This document shows, piece by piece, positions 11,424 through 23,632 of a DNA stretch of 64,000 nt (position 1 is its first letter; each line of letters begins with the position of its first letter). The notes beneath the pieces were generated by a model. It made no database searches. It had not been told where the DNA came from and was given only the letters and a program-made list of their open reading frames with translations. This stretch comes from Vitrella brassicaformis CCMP3155. Taxonomy: Eukaryota > Protista > Chromerida. Location of the stretch: contig CDMY01000355.1 in NCBI GenBank assembly GCA_001179505.1, positions 40,155-104,154 on the forward strand. The letters run 5' to 3'. The position numbers and the translations under genes were made by a program.

Positions 11424-14400
11424 ATGAGCGCGTCATTCTTCGAGAACCTGCGGAAGGGCCTCACCGGCAGCACCAGGAAGGCACTCTACGAAGACAAGAA
11501 TGAGGAGGAGAGCCCACCTCGCATGCAGGCGTCATGGAGCCGCCGGATCAGCGGGAGGAGGAGCCGCTCGGCGTCGGCTCGCAAGGAGAGGGAGGGGGAT
11601 GTGAGGCTGGATTTGGAAGGGCAACCGGTGAGCATGAGATCGGCGACCGAGGGGAACCAACAGGGAGAGCACCGAGAGAAGAAGGACTTAGATGCCTGGG
11701 TGGAGAAGAAGCTGTGTCCTCAGACGGTCGGTAGTCACGACACAGCCAGATAATGCTGCACTCACCCACTCACTCGCTCGCTCACTCACTCACTCACTCA
11801 CACCCAGACAGACAGACAGACAGATGCAGACATACAGATGCACACACACACGCCTCTGCATGCTTGTCACTGGCTGGTTGGCTGGTTGATCGACTTAATT
11901 TGTCAGGTGAGAACCAACGCATATCGCGTCGGCAGAGAGGACGGCGATGCCAATGCAGACCTCTCGAGCCGCCAACCCAGCCGCCCCGCCCCACCACAGG
12001 CCAGCAGCACTCGCCTCAAGCAGCAGCACCAGCAGCAGCAGCAGCAGGGTGGTGGTGGTGGTGGCCCGACCCCTGGCAGAGCCTTTCTCAGCCGCAATCT
12101 GGCCCAGGGCCTGGCCGCACAGGCCATGGCTGGCCGTATGGAGTTTTGTTCGGCTCCATTGGCTCCATCAGGGGCGTATGAGGGTCTGGGTGGCGGGCAC
12201 AGCTCTGACGATGACGACAGCCCCCACTCGATGCGGGGCAACAAGGAGCTGACAGGACTCAGCGAGGTGATGATGCGCCAGAAGATCCGCGAGATGGTGC
12301 GGAACAGAGGAGGCATTGTCGACAATCAGACTAATGACAAAGAAGGTGAAGGTGAAAACGACAACGAGCAGCCAGACGACCCCGCGGTCACTGCGGCACG
12401 GCGAAGACAGCTGGCGATGGCTGAGGACAACATCAGCCTGCTGCAGTCGCTCCAGGGAGAGATCGAGCAGAGCCGCTACTTGCGAGCCGACCCAAACGAC
12501 GATCCGGATAAGAGAGTTGTAGAGTCATTCATGACGCAGCTAATGCAGAACGAGGTGGGCACCAGAAGGAACTCAAATACACGCATGAAGCAATGAATGT
12601 GTGTCCTCGGTTGAGTATCGAACATCAGGCGGGTGCCAAGGGAGACCGTGTTGGTGCCGACACAGAGGACAGTGATGGCGATGCAGCGCCCCCGAGCCAC
12701 CAGCCCAGCGGGTTCCCTCCCCCACAGGCCAGCAGCACTCCCCTCAAGCAGCAGCGCCAGCAGCAGGGTGGTGGTCCGGGCACAGGGACCTTTCTCAAGC
12801 CCATTGGCCGCGGGGTAAGATGGGGCTCCTCAGCTGCACCAGGGTACGCCGATAATAGCTCCCAATCCTCGCGAAGCAGCGATGAGGACGGCCCCCAGTC
12901 GACTGAGCCGAGAGGACTGGACGAGGCCTTGATGCGCCAGAAGCTCCGCGAGAGGGTGCGGAATAGAGGCGGGATTGCGGACGAGAATGACAGTGACGAG
13001 CAACCAGACGACCTCCTCACTGCGAAACGGCGAGAGCAACTGGCCATGGCTGAGGACAACAGCAGTCTACGTCAGTCGCTCCAGGGAGAGATCGAGCAGA
13101 ACCGCTACTTCTCCAAACCGACCTTCAGCGACTCAGACGAGGACAAGGAGCGAGGAAGGAAGCTGCAGCAAGACATGATGCCCAGCTTTGGCGACCTCTC
13201 CCAGCTGGGCGAGGCCGACTTCCTCCAGCAGGGCTCGCCCATCTTCTTCGGCAACGACATGGGCATCCCTGGCATCCCGTCGTCATCGGCAGCAGGCGCC
13301 GCCCAGCGGCGGGCTTGCCGGCGGGCTCACAACGACGACGGGGCCGACGATGCGACCAAGGGCGGTCAGGGCAGCAAGGAGCGGCAGTCGCGGCGGAACA
13401 AGGGTGTCACCACCACCCAGGATCGTTTCGAGAAGGTGCAGAGGCTGGTGGCGAGCTTAGGGCAGCGCCAGGACCAGCAGAGGAAGAGGATGCACGAGGA
13501 GAGGAAGAGGATGCACACTTTCAGCCAAATTGAGAAGCTCGAGGCCATGGTGCGGGCCACGCGCGAGAACTGCGCCCACGACCAACTGGCGCCAGAGGAC
13601 CAGCGCCAGCCGGTGCAGCTTCTCGAGGACCACCAGCTTCTTTTTGAGCTGCCCACCCCGGGCTACCCCCACCCGTTTCTCATGGACGGCCTGCTCTTCC
13701 GCCATGCCGTCCAGGCGTGTGTGGTCCACGGTGCGGCCGGGTCGCTTGAGGTTTTGCCGCGCGAGACACTCATCAAGCCGAGCAAGAAGGACTGCGACGA
13801 GCGCCTGGGTGCGGGTGAGGTGCAGGAGGAGGATGGGAAGAAGATCAAGTGGAGCGATATGGTGCTGGACGCTCTTGACTCGTCTTGCATGTACCGGGAC
13901 GAAGCTCTCAACGTGGTCACCGAAGGTGCGCGGACACACACACACACACACACAAACACACACATGCTGTTGATGGGTTCATTCGTGTAACCTGTGTCTA
14001 TCTCGATGAATGGAGCAAGCAGATTACCTGCCGTCGCCCCTGCTGGTGCAGGCGGCCATGGCCAATGCACCCATGCAGACCGTGCAGGTACGTCAGAGAG
14101 AGCACTCCGCCGGCATTGGGAGGGAGTGTGGGTGTGCATGGTGGCCTGCCCCCCTGACTCATGTGTAGACTCTTGTCGCCTACAGCGCCGACGTCAATGA
14201 CAAGGGCCATGTGCACCACTTCACACGCGGCGCATACAAAGCCAGCCTCAAGACATCATCACTCGGTACGTGAGACCTCACTATGTGACCAATCATATCA
14301 TGGCCACCTCTGTCTTTTCTTTTGTGGGTGCCTATGTGCGTGTGCAGGTGCGGCGGCCCTGTGGCATCGGCCTCAGATGCTCTCCTTCCTCCTGGCCAAC

Positions 14401-17400
14401 ACAGCCGCCGACATGTCGGTGCTCTCTGAGGTAGAGGTCAGGCCCCCACAAACGGCAAACGCCAAAAGTAACCGCCACCTGCGTGCCTGCATGCCTAAAA
14501 CACCAACAGACCAACAGACAGACAGACAGACAGACCCATTCACTTTCAGCCTCTTCTCTTTGCCGTCGTCCCTCAGGCACATTCCGTTGGGCTGAGGGTC
14601 TGAATCTGCTGCAGCTGGTGTGCATCGGCCCGCCCCCGCCCAAGACCGCCCCGAAGAGCACATCGATTGTGCCGAAGGAGTCCAGGCCGCCCGCCACACC
14701 CAAAGAGGCAGATGGTCAGACACAGGCAACCACAGACAGCAGCCTCTCATTGGTGCATTGCCCGTGCCATGCATGCAGAGTCTGCCAACGTGCTCAGTGC
14801 GGCAGCCAAGCTGAAGGCCAAGAAGGCTGTGGCCAAGAGCAAGGCGGAGGAGGGTGCATCATCACAGGCCAAGGAACAGGAGAAGGAGGATCGCCGCCGA
14901 GAGGCCATCTTGGAGCAGGTCCGCATCAGACGGGAACAGCAGGAGGAGGACAGACAGCGCACCGCCCTCGCGACGCTGGAGGCCCTCGCCGCCCACGGCC
15001 TGATCGGAGGCCATCAGCAGAGCATCCTCTCCCTGCAGCGGCGGGATAAGGAGGGCAACACGGCTCTGCACCTGGCGGCCCGGCACGGCTGGTCGAGCCT
15101 GGTTGACTGGCTGCTCAAGCGGGGCGTTGCAGTAGATGCCGTCAACATGGCCAACGAGACGGCGCTCGACCTCGCTCGCAAGAACAAGCGATCGGTGAGG
15201 CACGCCAGACAGCAGGCGGGCAACAGGGCCTCCCAAGTGTGTGATGGCGTCTTGTGTGCTGTGGAGTGCAGGCGTGTGAGGCGGTCTTGACAGAGCACCT
15301 GTCTGCCCATCACCAGCAGGAGGCGGTCTACGAGCTGCTGGCGGAGGAGACACTCAGACGCGAGCGCGACGAGAAAAAACGCGAGAAGAACCGGGAGAAG
15401 GTACGCAGACACACCCAGACACAGACACACAGGCCCCCCACAGACACGCCAGACAGGCGACAAACAAAGATCCTCTGCTCTTTTCCTTTCTTTGTGTGGT
15501 GTAGAGGAAGCGTCAGAAGTGCAAGAAGCGCGACACAGCCGTAGGAGCTGAAGGAGCCGAAGGCGACCAAGAGGAGCCGCAGGCGGCCCCAGTGGAGGAG
15601 GAGCTCGACGACCATGAACAGCGCCTAGTTTCCCGAACGAATGTCCCGCACCCAAACACGATTGCACGAACACGGCTTGCGCCCCTCTCCCTCTCTCTCT
15701 CACACACAAGGAAGGCCTCGACCGTCCAGTCGAGCTCGTAAGCGACGACGACAGAGCAAGGCATCCGTGCAGAGGACCTGGTGGTCTGTTCTCTTACAGG
15801 TGTGATGTCGAGGACGGGCCAATGTCGAGTTCGCCTCAACCTGGCGGAGACCTGCCGACCACGTGAGCATCAAAGCATCGCCAGGTGCTCGCAATATGGA
15901 GCGTGCCTTCGTCCATTGCAGGCTCGACGAAGACATGAGTGGCGTGCCGTCCTCCTCGTCGAGTGTCCCGCCGCCGCATGCACACAGGTAAACGAGTCAG
16001 CCCAGATCTCTCTCCATCGAAACGAATGAATCAGCGCCCCGCCCGATGTGTGTGTGCAGAGGTGCTGGCGACACTGATGAGGACCGTGACGAACAGGAGG
16101 CAATAGCTGCGTCGCTGGAGGCTGCCGCTGAGCAGTGGGAGGCCATCAAGACGCACGTGACCACTGCCCACAAGCAGATACAGGGGTGAGTACGAGACAG
16201 ACGCTCATCGGATGCGCGACGATGCATTTTCATCTGTGTCTGGCGTGGCGTGGCGTTGTGTATGCGACAGGTTGCGGGAGAGGTTACAGGCCGAGGCGGA
16301 CATGACTGCGGCCACAGAAGCCCAGGAGCAGCGCTTGATTGAGGAGAACAACGAGCTCGAGGCAGCCAACCCCGTGTACGTTGCTGCAGGCGTCACCCAC
16401 CAATGCGTCCATCCATCCATCCATTGCCTGCCTTCCATGTGTCGGTTCTGTTCTGTTGCAGTCTGACGGCGGACCAGCTCGACCTCAAGGCCTCTGCTGG
16501 TGATGTCAGGCACTTCCAGAGGGTCGTCGACGGCCGCTTCTACGAGCTGCAATCGCTGATGGGCGAGTGCCTCCAGCGAGCTGTGGACCTCACCAACAGC
16601 CCTCCTGACACATCATCGGACGAGCCGGCTCCCGACAAACAGGACAGCAGCCCGAACATGCCCCCCGAGGCCCCCTGTGCGACCAGTCCCCCATCGGCGA
16701 CGGCTGGCGAGTCCATTGGGTGGCTGGAAGAGTTGGAGAGCAGCCACCTGGACATCCCCGAGAAGTGTGTGAGGGCATCGAAGCGGCTGGAGGACATTGA
16801 GCAGGACATCGGCAAGTGAGAAGCGCAGATTGAAGAGGACTCACCGATTGCATTACAGATCGGTTGCCATCCCTTCCTGCAGGTTGGTGTGTGAGGTCGT
16901 CGACGCCACCACCCGCCGTGAGGCATCCGACGCCCATCTGCAGGGCCTCACCGAGCAGAATTACGAGCTCAAACGACGCGACAAGGAGCGGTGAGAAAGG
17001 CGCACACACAGTCTCATGTTCACTTCTATCTGTCTGTCTGTCTGCCTGCCTGCCAGATTGACCGAGGAGAAGCTCCAGTCGCTCACGTCTGTCCAGGCCG
17101 TGAAGTGCTTCCATCAGGCGGCCTCTCAAGAAAGCCAGCGACTGAAGGAGCTGCTGGGTCGGTGCAGCGACCACCTGCTCAATCTGGCGAGTGCGTCCTT
17201 CCAGCGTGATGTCGAGCGGCGCGTCGAGGAGGTCAGGGTGGCGCGCGACAGAGAGGCGGTCGAGCAGCTGAAACGTCAGGAGGCTGCGACGGCCAAGATG
17301 GTCAGCGAGATGCAGCAGCAGCTCGAGGAGGAGAGGGGCAAGCCCAAGCAGGACATCACCTCGTGTGTGGTGTGCCATGAAGCGCCCAATGACGTGGTTA

Positions 17401-17620
17401 TGATGCCCTGCCGACACAAATGCATTTGTACAGGTGGGCAGATGGGCAGGCAAGGGACACCTTGGGGCGTACATATGTGTGGTGTGTGCCCATTTGTGCA
17501 GGTTGTTTCGATCGCCTCAAGAGGCAGCACCCGGGGCGCAAGGTGCCGTGCCCCATATGTCGCAAAGAGCGCCTCAAGCAATACTCAGGGCCCGTGTTTG
17601 AGCAGGGGCACCACGACTGA
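11424..17620 (+). CDS. Ankyrin-repeat, coiled-coil, C-terminal C3HC4 RING protein (putative E3 ubiquitin ligase)
   Basis: Ankyrin RDKEGNTALHLAARHGWSSLVDWLLKRGVAVDAVNMANETALDLA at about 15045-15180, with degenerate repeats in the small exons at 14010-14430. Spliced RING CVVCHEAPNDVVMMPCRHKCICT|GCFDRL...PCPICRK; stop at 17620. Confidence 0.8.
11761..11825. repeat. Compound (CTCA)n/(GACA)n intronic microsatellite
   Basis: Directly visible in the first intron of the ankyrin-RING gene. Confidence 0.9.
11935..13112 (+). repeat. Diverged tandem duplication (about 0.5 kb unit) inside the ankyrin-RING gene
   Basis: Copy 1 (about 11935-12490) and copy 2 (about 12664-13112) share CCACAGGCCAGCAGCACT..CCTCAAGCAGCAGC and encode EDNISLLQSLQGEIEQSRY versus EDNSSLRQSLQGEIEQNRY. 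Confidence 0.9.
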
Positions 17621-18420
17621 CCGAGTGGTAGAGCTAGCAGGGGCGCGACTAGTACCCGGACAGGTGACCAGCTTGTCGGCCACCCCGTTGTGTGTAGTGA
17701 TGGGTGACATTAGTATGTACATATATACCTATATATGTGTGTGATGGGTTGGCGATGTCCATATGCGACATACATGGCCGGTTGGCTGGCTGGCTGGCTG
17801 GCATGTGTAGTGTTGTGCTGATTTATCGACACAGATGGATGGATGGATGGATGGACGAATGTGTGTGTGGCCACCTCAGATGCGGTGTGGTGCTTGTCGT
17901 TCGCCCGCTTTCTTCTGACACATAGCTATAGCCCAGCGGTGATGGGCGTCTGAAAGCGATCGAGGGAATGGCAGACACGACTAGGTCATCGAAAGACAAG
18001 GAGGGAAAGTCATGTAGTTATGGTTTTTAGCCACACCTGGATGGCACTGAGTGGTCAGAAATGTGGAGACGAGCACTGGCAAGACTTTGACTGAAAAATC
18101 GGATTCATTTCACATCCAAGACATAGTCAGCACGCACGTCTCCCTTTTCGTCTCAGTCGCATTTCGTTCAAAGGTTCCTCGGTGCAGTCACTCTGGATGC
18201 TTTGCATAGTATAACGCTGGCCAACAGCCATCCCTCCCTCCCTCCCTGCAGACAGACACTTCTTCAGCGAAGAGAACAAACACTGCGTTTCCCTGACCAT
18301 CCCACAACCCCTCACTCACCGTACCCTATCTCCCTCCCTCCCTCCCTCCCTGCCTCCCTCCCGACATGACACAACTGCCTAGAGATGTATCGCCCAAAAA
18401 ACACGGCTGAGCGACGTCAG

Positions 18421-20427
18421 TCAGTGTCGGGCGGCGACAGGCTTGACGACGACTGGGCTGCGCCGCTGAGGTTGTGCATCACCTTGCTGGTGCGACGCAG
18501 TCCCGACTGTTGCCGACCTGCAGATGAAGGGAACAAAGGGACGAGGGAGGGACACAGACAAGCAATGTCGAGACACGGTGATTGCTGCATGTCTCCTGCT
18601 CACCTTCACTGCTGGCAGTGCTGAGGCTGCTGCGGGTGCTGCTGAAGGTAAGGCCTGACACACACATTCAGAAGACACACACGGAAAGGACATGCGCACG
18701 TGAGCCACTCATTCAGCAGCCAACCAGTCAACGTCTCTCTCTCTTGGCATTCAAAGCTCATTCACTCTGCATGGTTGGGCTTCGGTTCAGGCCTTCCGAC
18801 ACGACGGGCTCGTTGTCGTGCTCCATACCCATCATAGAAAAGCTTGACGGTCCGTCCCGGTCGGCGACTGCCCCGAAGCCTGCACCAAAGGGATACACGT
18901 GCATGTCGACTGCTCACAGCTTACTCATTTCGCACTCACCAGACGCCACAATGGGCTCTTGCTGCTGCACCAGAAGCGGACTGTCATCTGCACAGATCCA
19001 TCCGCAGGAGAAGCGTATCTAATGTGAGGACAGTGCCCGTGTCTCATAGCCTACCGCTGCCGCCATGAACCTCGCTCTGAATCTCGCTCGAACCACCGCC
19101 AGCAGCTTCACCAGCAGCAGCTTCAGCAGCAGCTTCAGCAGCAGCAGCTTTCTCAGCAGCAGCAACGCCAGCATTCACTGCCGACAGCACCTGTGAGACA
19201 CACGGTATCCATCTCATTAGCCATGACGGATGTGATGACTGTGGAAGGGCACCTTTGCCAGCAGGGACCCCATTGCTGTTTTATCTTTAGCAGCAGCTTT
19301 GAAAAAGCGCGGCAGCATGTTCCTGGGCACGCCATTCCCCTTCCACCCATCGGGGTTCACCCAACCAGAACTCTGACCACTTGATGACGAGGGCGGCGTC
19401 CAGAAACACGACACTGCACAGAAATGAGAGCATCCTTGCGGCAAGTGACGATGGACCTTTTGGTGTCTCGTCTTACAGGCCACTCCAGCCAGTTTGTCGA
19501 TGGCGTTGTGGACCGCCCTCGACCTGGACTTGTACCGGCGAGCTGATGGGTGTTGAGACAAACACAGCAATCAATCCATCAGACATGCCAGCTGTCTGCC
19601 TTTGTCTGTGTGTGTCTCTCGCTCACCCTTCCGTCTCAGGTACACTATGAAACGCTGTAGACAAAGAGACAGACAGACAGACAGACAGACGAGTGTGTGT
19701 TTGGGTGTTTGCCTGTGTGTGTCTCACCACTTGCTCCTTGAGGTACTCCTTGTCCTTTTGAAGTTTGGCCACCTCGGCCTTCTCGGCTTGCTGCACGTGA
19801 CGCGATGCACAAACAGACCGTATGTAACACTTTCGCCGCCCACAAAGCCCCCGAGCTGTGCGTATGTACCAATTCTTGTTCTGTGCCGCTATCCGCCGTT
19901 CCCTGGAGGGTCTCGTGCCCCGTGGAGTTGGCTGCATTTCGCAGATGGACAGGCACGCACACAAGACAGACAGACAGAGAAATGCAGCGCACCCATCAGC
20001 CACTCATTAATTGTGGCGTACGGTCGGTCGTCCCAACATCCTCTCGGCTCTCAACCGGGTCGGCCTCGGGCAGCTCGTCAGCTGAAGCAAGGACCAGACA
20101 GAAAGACACCGTGGGAGACCCTTCTTGCCTCTTCCGTTCACTCACGTGCGTCCTTACCCCGGCCCTCTCGCGTCTTCGGCTGTCCATCTGAAAGGCAGGC
20201 ACAGCGGCACCCACAGCCAATCAAGCGACCACCGGTGAGTGCTGTGCCCCCTCCCCACCTCTGGTGCCATTTCGCTCACCAGTGGTGCTTCTCGGACGCG
20301 GACTCACCACATCAGTTTCTGGAATCCAGGCTTCCACAAAAAGCTGGATTCCAGCCCAGCACGCGAACGCGACGGAGGGGAAGCAGAGAATCACTTGGGC
20401 GGCGACAATTGCCTCAGCAACCGGCAT
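18421..20427 (-). CDS. Hypothetical multi-exon protein with coiled-coil and Ala/Glu-rich tract
   Basis: A chain of short exons with GT-AG borders: QAEKAEVAKLQKDKEYLKEQ, RFIVYLRRK, ARRYKSRSRAVHNAIDKL, AAAEKAAAAEAAAEAAAGEAAGGG. No family recognised; start and end are uncertain. Confidence 0.45.
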
Positions 20428-20937
20428 TTTGGATTTGGGCTGGTCTTGAAGTCGAGACTGGGGGCCGTCTGGGGGCGATCAGAGCGATCTTCCCAACGGA
20501 GGCCGAGATCTGACCGTGGTGGTTGTGTGGTGTGGCTTGTCGATGGCGGGTGTGGCGGGCGATTTCGACAGTGAATTGGTCGGATTTCTTTATCAAGACC
20601 TGATGTACATTACTCGATTGGTTCTCTCGATTGGTTCTCTGTGAGCACCATGGTTGAAAGTGCAATAGCCGTGTCACCATCTCACACAGAGAGAGTCTCA
20701 TCGACACACACATGCTCCAGGGATCATTGTGCTGAGAGCTCAGCGAAACTCTCAGCGTCCACCGACATACATAGATAAATCAGTGTGACACACTGAACTA
20801 CTCCTTCTCAGACCCTCGCTGCTGTACAATGGAGCACAAACACACATCTCTCTCTCTCTCTCTCTCTCTCCCTCACCCGCTCCCTTCATTGCCAGACCAC
20901 CCTTGATTCCCTCACTCGCCATTCATTCATTCCTTCA

Positions 20938-21214
20938 TCAGACTTGGACAGTCTCCATTGCGTCCTGTATCTTCTTGAACACAGTGCTGGGCTCCTCCGC
21001 CCCGTCGATGCGCACGAGTATGTCTTGGTAGCAGCCGAGTATCTCGTCACAGTTGTCCTTGAACTTCTGCAGCCGCACGCGGATTGTGTCCTCGGTGTCG
21101 TCGGACCGCTGGATGAGCTTCGACCCATCCACCTCGGGGCCGGGAGGGTTGGTCTTCAGGTTGTAGATCTTCCCCGTGGCTGGATCTGTCCGACGATACA
21201 CCACCCTGAGCCAG

Positions 21215-21255
<41 letters not shown>

Positions 21256-21877
21256 GACAGACAGACATGCAACAGGTAAATGATGGTTCCCTCCCTGCCT
21301 TTGTAGGTTTCTCTCACCTGTCGATGATGAGCTGGTCGGGCGCCTCGAGCAGCAGAAACTTGTCTGCCTGAATGCCAGCCTCCTTGAGTGCCTCAGCCTG
21401 GCTCTTGGTCCTCGGGAAGCCGTCCAGCAGCCACCCCTCCTCCACACAGTCACCCTGCTGCAGCCGCGTGACGACGATAGCAATGATGAGGTCGTCAGGC
21501 ACCAGGTCGCCAGCCTCCATGTACTCCTTGGCCTTGTTGCCCAGCTCCGTGCCCTCGTTGACAGCAGCCCGCAGGATGTCCCCGGTGCTCAGGTGGATGA
21601 CACCGTACTGCTGCTTGATGAAGTCGCACTGGGTGCCCTTGCCCACCCCTGGGGCGCCTGCAATGATGATCTGTGGGCCGCGCATCGAAGGCTGACCTCG
21701 CAGCGACGGTGATGGTCGTCGCCTCGATGCTGGCAGGCGCGGGCGGGAGGGCGGGGAGCGAAATAGAGGGCCGGAAGATGACGATGATGTCGATGCACTG
21801 CTGTCCGATGAACGGAACGAGGCCGCATCCGCAGATGCCATGGAGATCACCACCAACGCCGCGGCGACGAGCACCAT
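20938..21877 (-). CDS. ADK: Adenylate kinase with bipartite (signal + transit) plastid-type leader; 2 exons (21877-21318, 21205-20938)
   Basis: P-loop [49 protein letters not shown] and QRSDDTE. N-terminus is a hydrophobic signal, then ..ADAASF, then a Ser/Arg-rich stretch. Confidence 0.93.
21217..21251. repeat. (GA)n intronic microsatellite
   Basis: Run of GA dinucleotides inside the adenylate kinase intron. Confidence 0.95.
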
Positions 21878-21909
21878 CTTGAGAGCGCTTTTTCCCCGCT
21901 TCGGACCGT

Positions 21910-21919
21910 CTGCGAGCTT
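21910..21919 (-). promoter_or_regulatory. Candidate upstream element AAGCTCGCAG
   Basis: Minus strand, about 33 nt before the adenylate kinase ATG. Confidence 0.55.
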
Positions 21920-22142
21920 ACTGAGACGAGCAGTTTCACGAATATCCTAGGCAAATGTGAGCTTGAGGGTGACCGGTGTCTTCGGGGAGAGGAAAGAAGA
22001 CGAACGAGTAGTCTCCCATTCGGCAACGAGATCAGGTCGCTGACTTCTTGGTGACATCAACTGGTCCACACACTTCAGCCCTCTTGGTCAAGGCTCCTCG
22101 ACAGTCAGAAGGACAGTCAACCAACGGCCCACAGCCGTCGAT

Positions 22143-23072
22143 ATGGCTGAGTTCAGCGATGTAGGAGCCCACTGCAGTGACCCTGTGAGCACAAACAACA
22201 CTGGAAAGCCATCCATTGCTCACTCGTGGTGTTGCTGCTTGCTGTTGTGGTTGGCCATGTGGTGTGTGTGTGCAGTACTGCCGGCAGAAGGACTTCTTGC
22301 CCTTCGTCTGCAACCTATGCAATAAGACGGTAAATGATTGTGGCACTCAAGGGAGGCAGGGAGGGAGGGGAGGGAACCAACCTACCACTTCTGTGGCCGG
22401 ATGGGTGCTTGCTGTGGTGTTGTCCTTGACAGTACTGCCTTGAGCACTTCAAGCCGGAGTCGCACCAATGTCCCAGGGCGGCGGCGGTTGACAGGCGCGT
22501 GATGATCTGTCCTCTCTGCCTCGACTCCTTCCCCATGGTGGCGGGCGAGTCGTGTGACGTCACCTTTGAGCGCCACACGCGCACCTCCTGCCGACCAGAC
22601 CTCTATGAGACCCGCAGGGCGCAGCAGAAGGCCACCTGTCCCGTCAAGGGATGTAAGGCGAAGCTCACGGCTGTCAACTCATTCGTGTGCCCCCGGTGTA
22701 AGCAGAAGGTCTGCATGAAGCACAGATGGCAGGAGGACCACGACTGCCGGCCACCTCAGTCGAGTCTGATCAGTTCCCTAACCAGCAGCTTCTCTTCATC
22801 GCGGCCTCCGTTGAAGGGCAAGGCCGCCGCTCGGATGCAGGCCAACAAGCCGCCCAACGTCATGGACATGCTGCGAGGTGGGCGCGTCAGAAACAAACGG
22901 CACAGCACAACACAACACACACGAATTGGCTCACGTGCTTTCAGAGACGGCGCACAGGAGGATGCGCACAGGTGGATCCAGTGGTGCGCCGAGTGCACAG
23001 GGGTCCTCGTCCAACACACAGCAAGGGTCGCGCAATCAACGGCAACGCAACGATGATTGCGTCATCTCATGA
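22143..23072 (+). CDS. AN1-type zinc finger protein (ZFAND2/AIRAP-like) with C-terminal CaaX box
   Basis: MAEFSDVGAHC..|YCRQKDFLPFVCNLCNK|TYCLEHF..ESHQC, ICPLC, second AN1 finger CPVKGC...FVCPRCKQKVCMKHR..DHDC. Final exon ends DDCVIS*. Confidence 0.88.
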
Positions 23073-23632
23073 AGGATGACGAGCGAGCAGAGAGAACGGG
23101 CCGGTGTTTGGCTTGGACGGGAGGGGATGCGTATGTCGTGGATGTGTGTAGATGTGAGTGTATCTTGCTGACATACGAATCCTTTGGGGGTTGTCGTTTT
23201 CCGGTATATTGCTGCGATTGCTTCTTGGCTATGGGCTTCGGTTGCTGCAGCTCAGCGCCGATTTTTGCTGAATTCACTCACTCACGGGCGCAATGGTTGC
23301 TGATGTACATGTAGCCCGTTGGTGGGTTTCGTACTGAATGTTTGTGTGTGGGGGTGAGGTGACATTGCTTGCGGCACGGCTACGCGTGTCATGACGTGAT
23401 GGCTGACTCCAGCACAATGAAGGCAGTGTTATGTGTGCCACCGGTGTGTGGGTGCGAAGGTTGGCTGTACACGCATCGCATAGCATCCAAGGTCTCAACC
23501 AAGTAGCAGCTCAAAACAGCCCCATCATCGGAAAGAAACGATGCGCGCAACACTATTCTTCAACCACAGCGGCCCTCCCTGCAAAGCACTCTGACTGAGG
23601 CCATCCTGCCCACTTTGAGAGATGACGACAGC

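Noticed and set aside
18385-19068. Plus-strand ORFs including MGSCCC (acylation-like motif) and a polyQ reading
   Set aside because: Splice sites favour the minus-strand gene, so these are best explained as antisense shadows.
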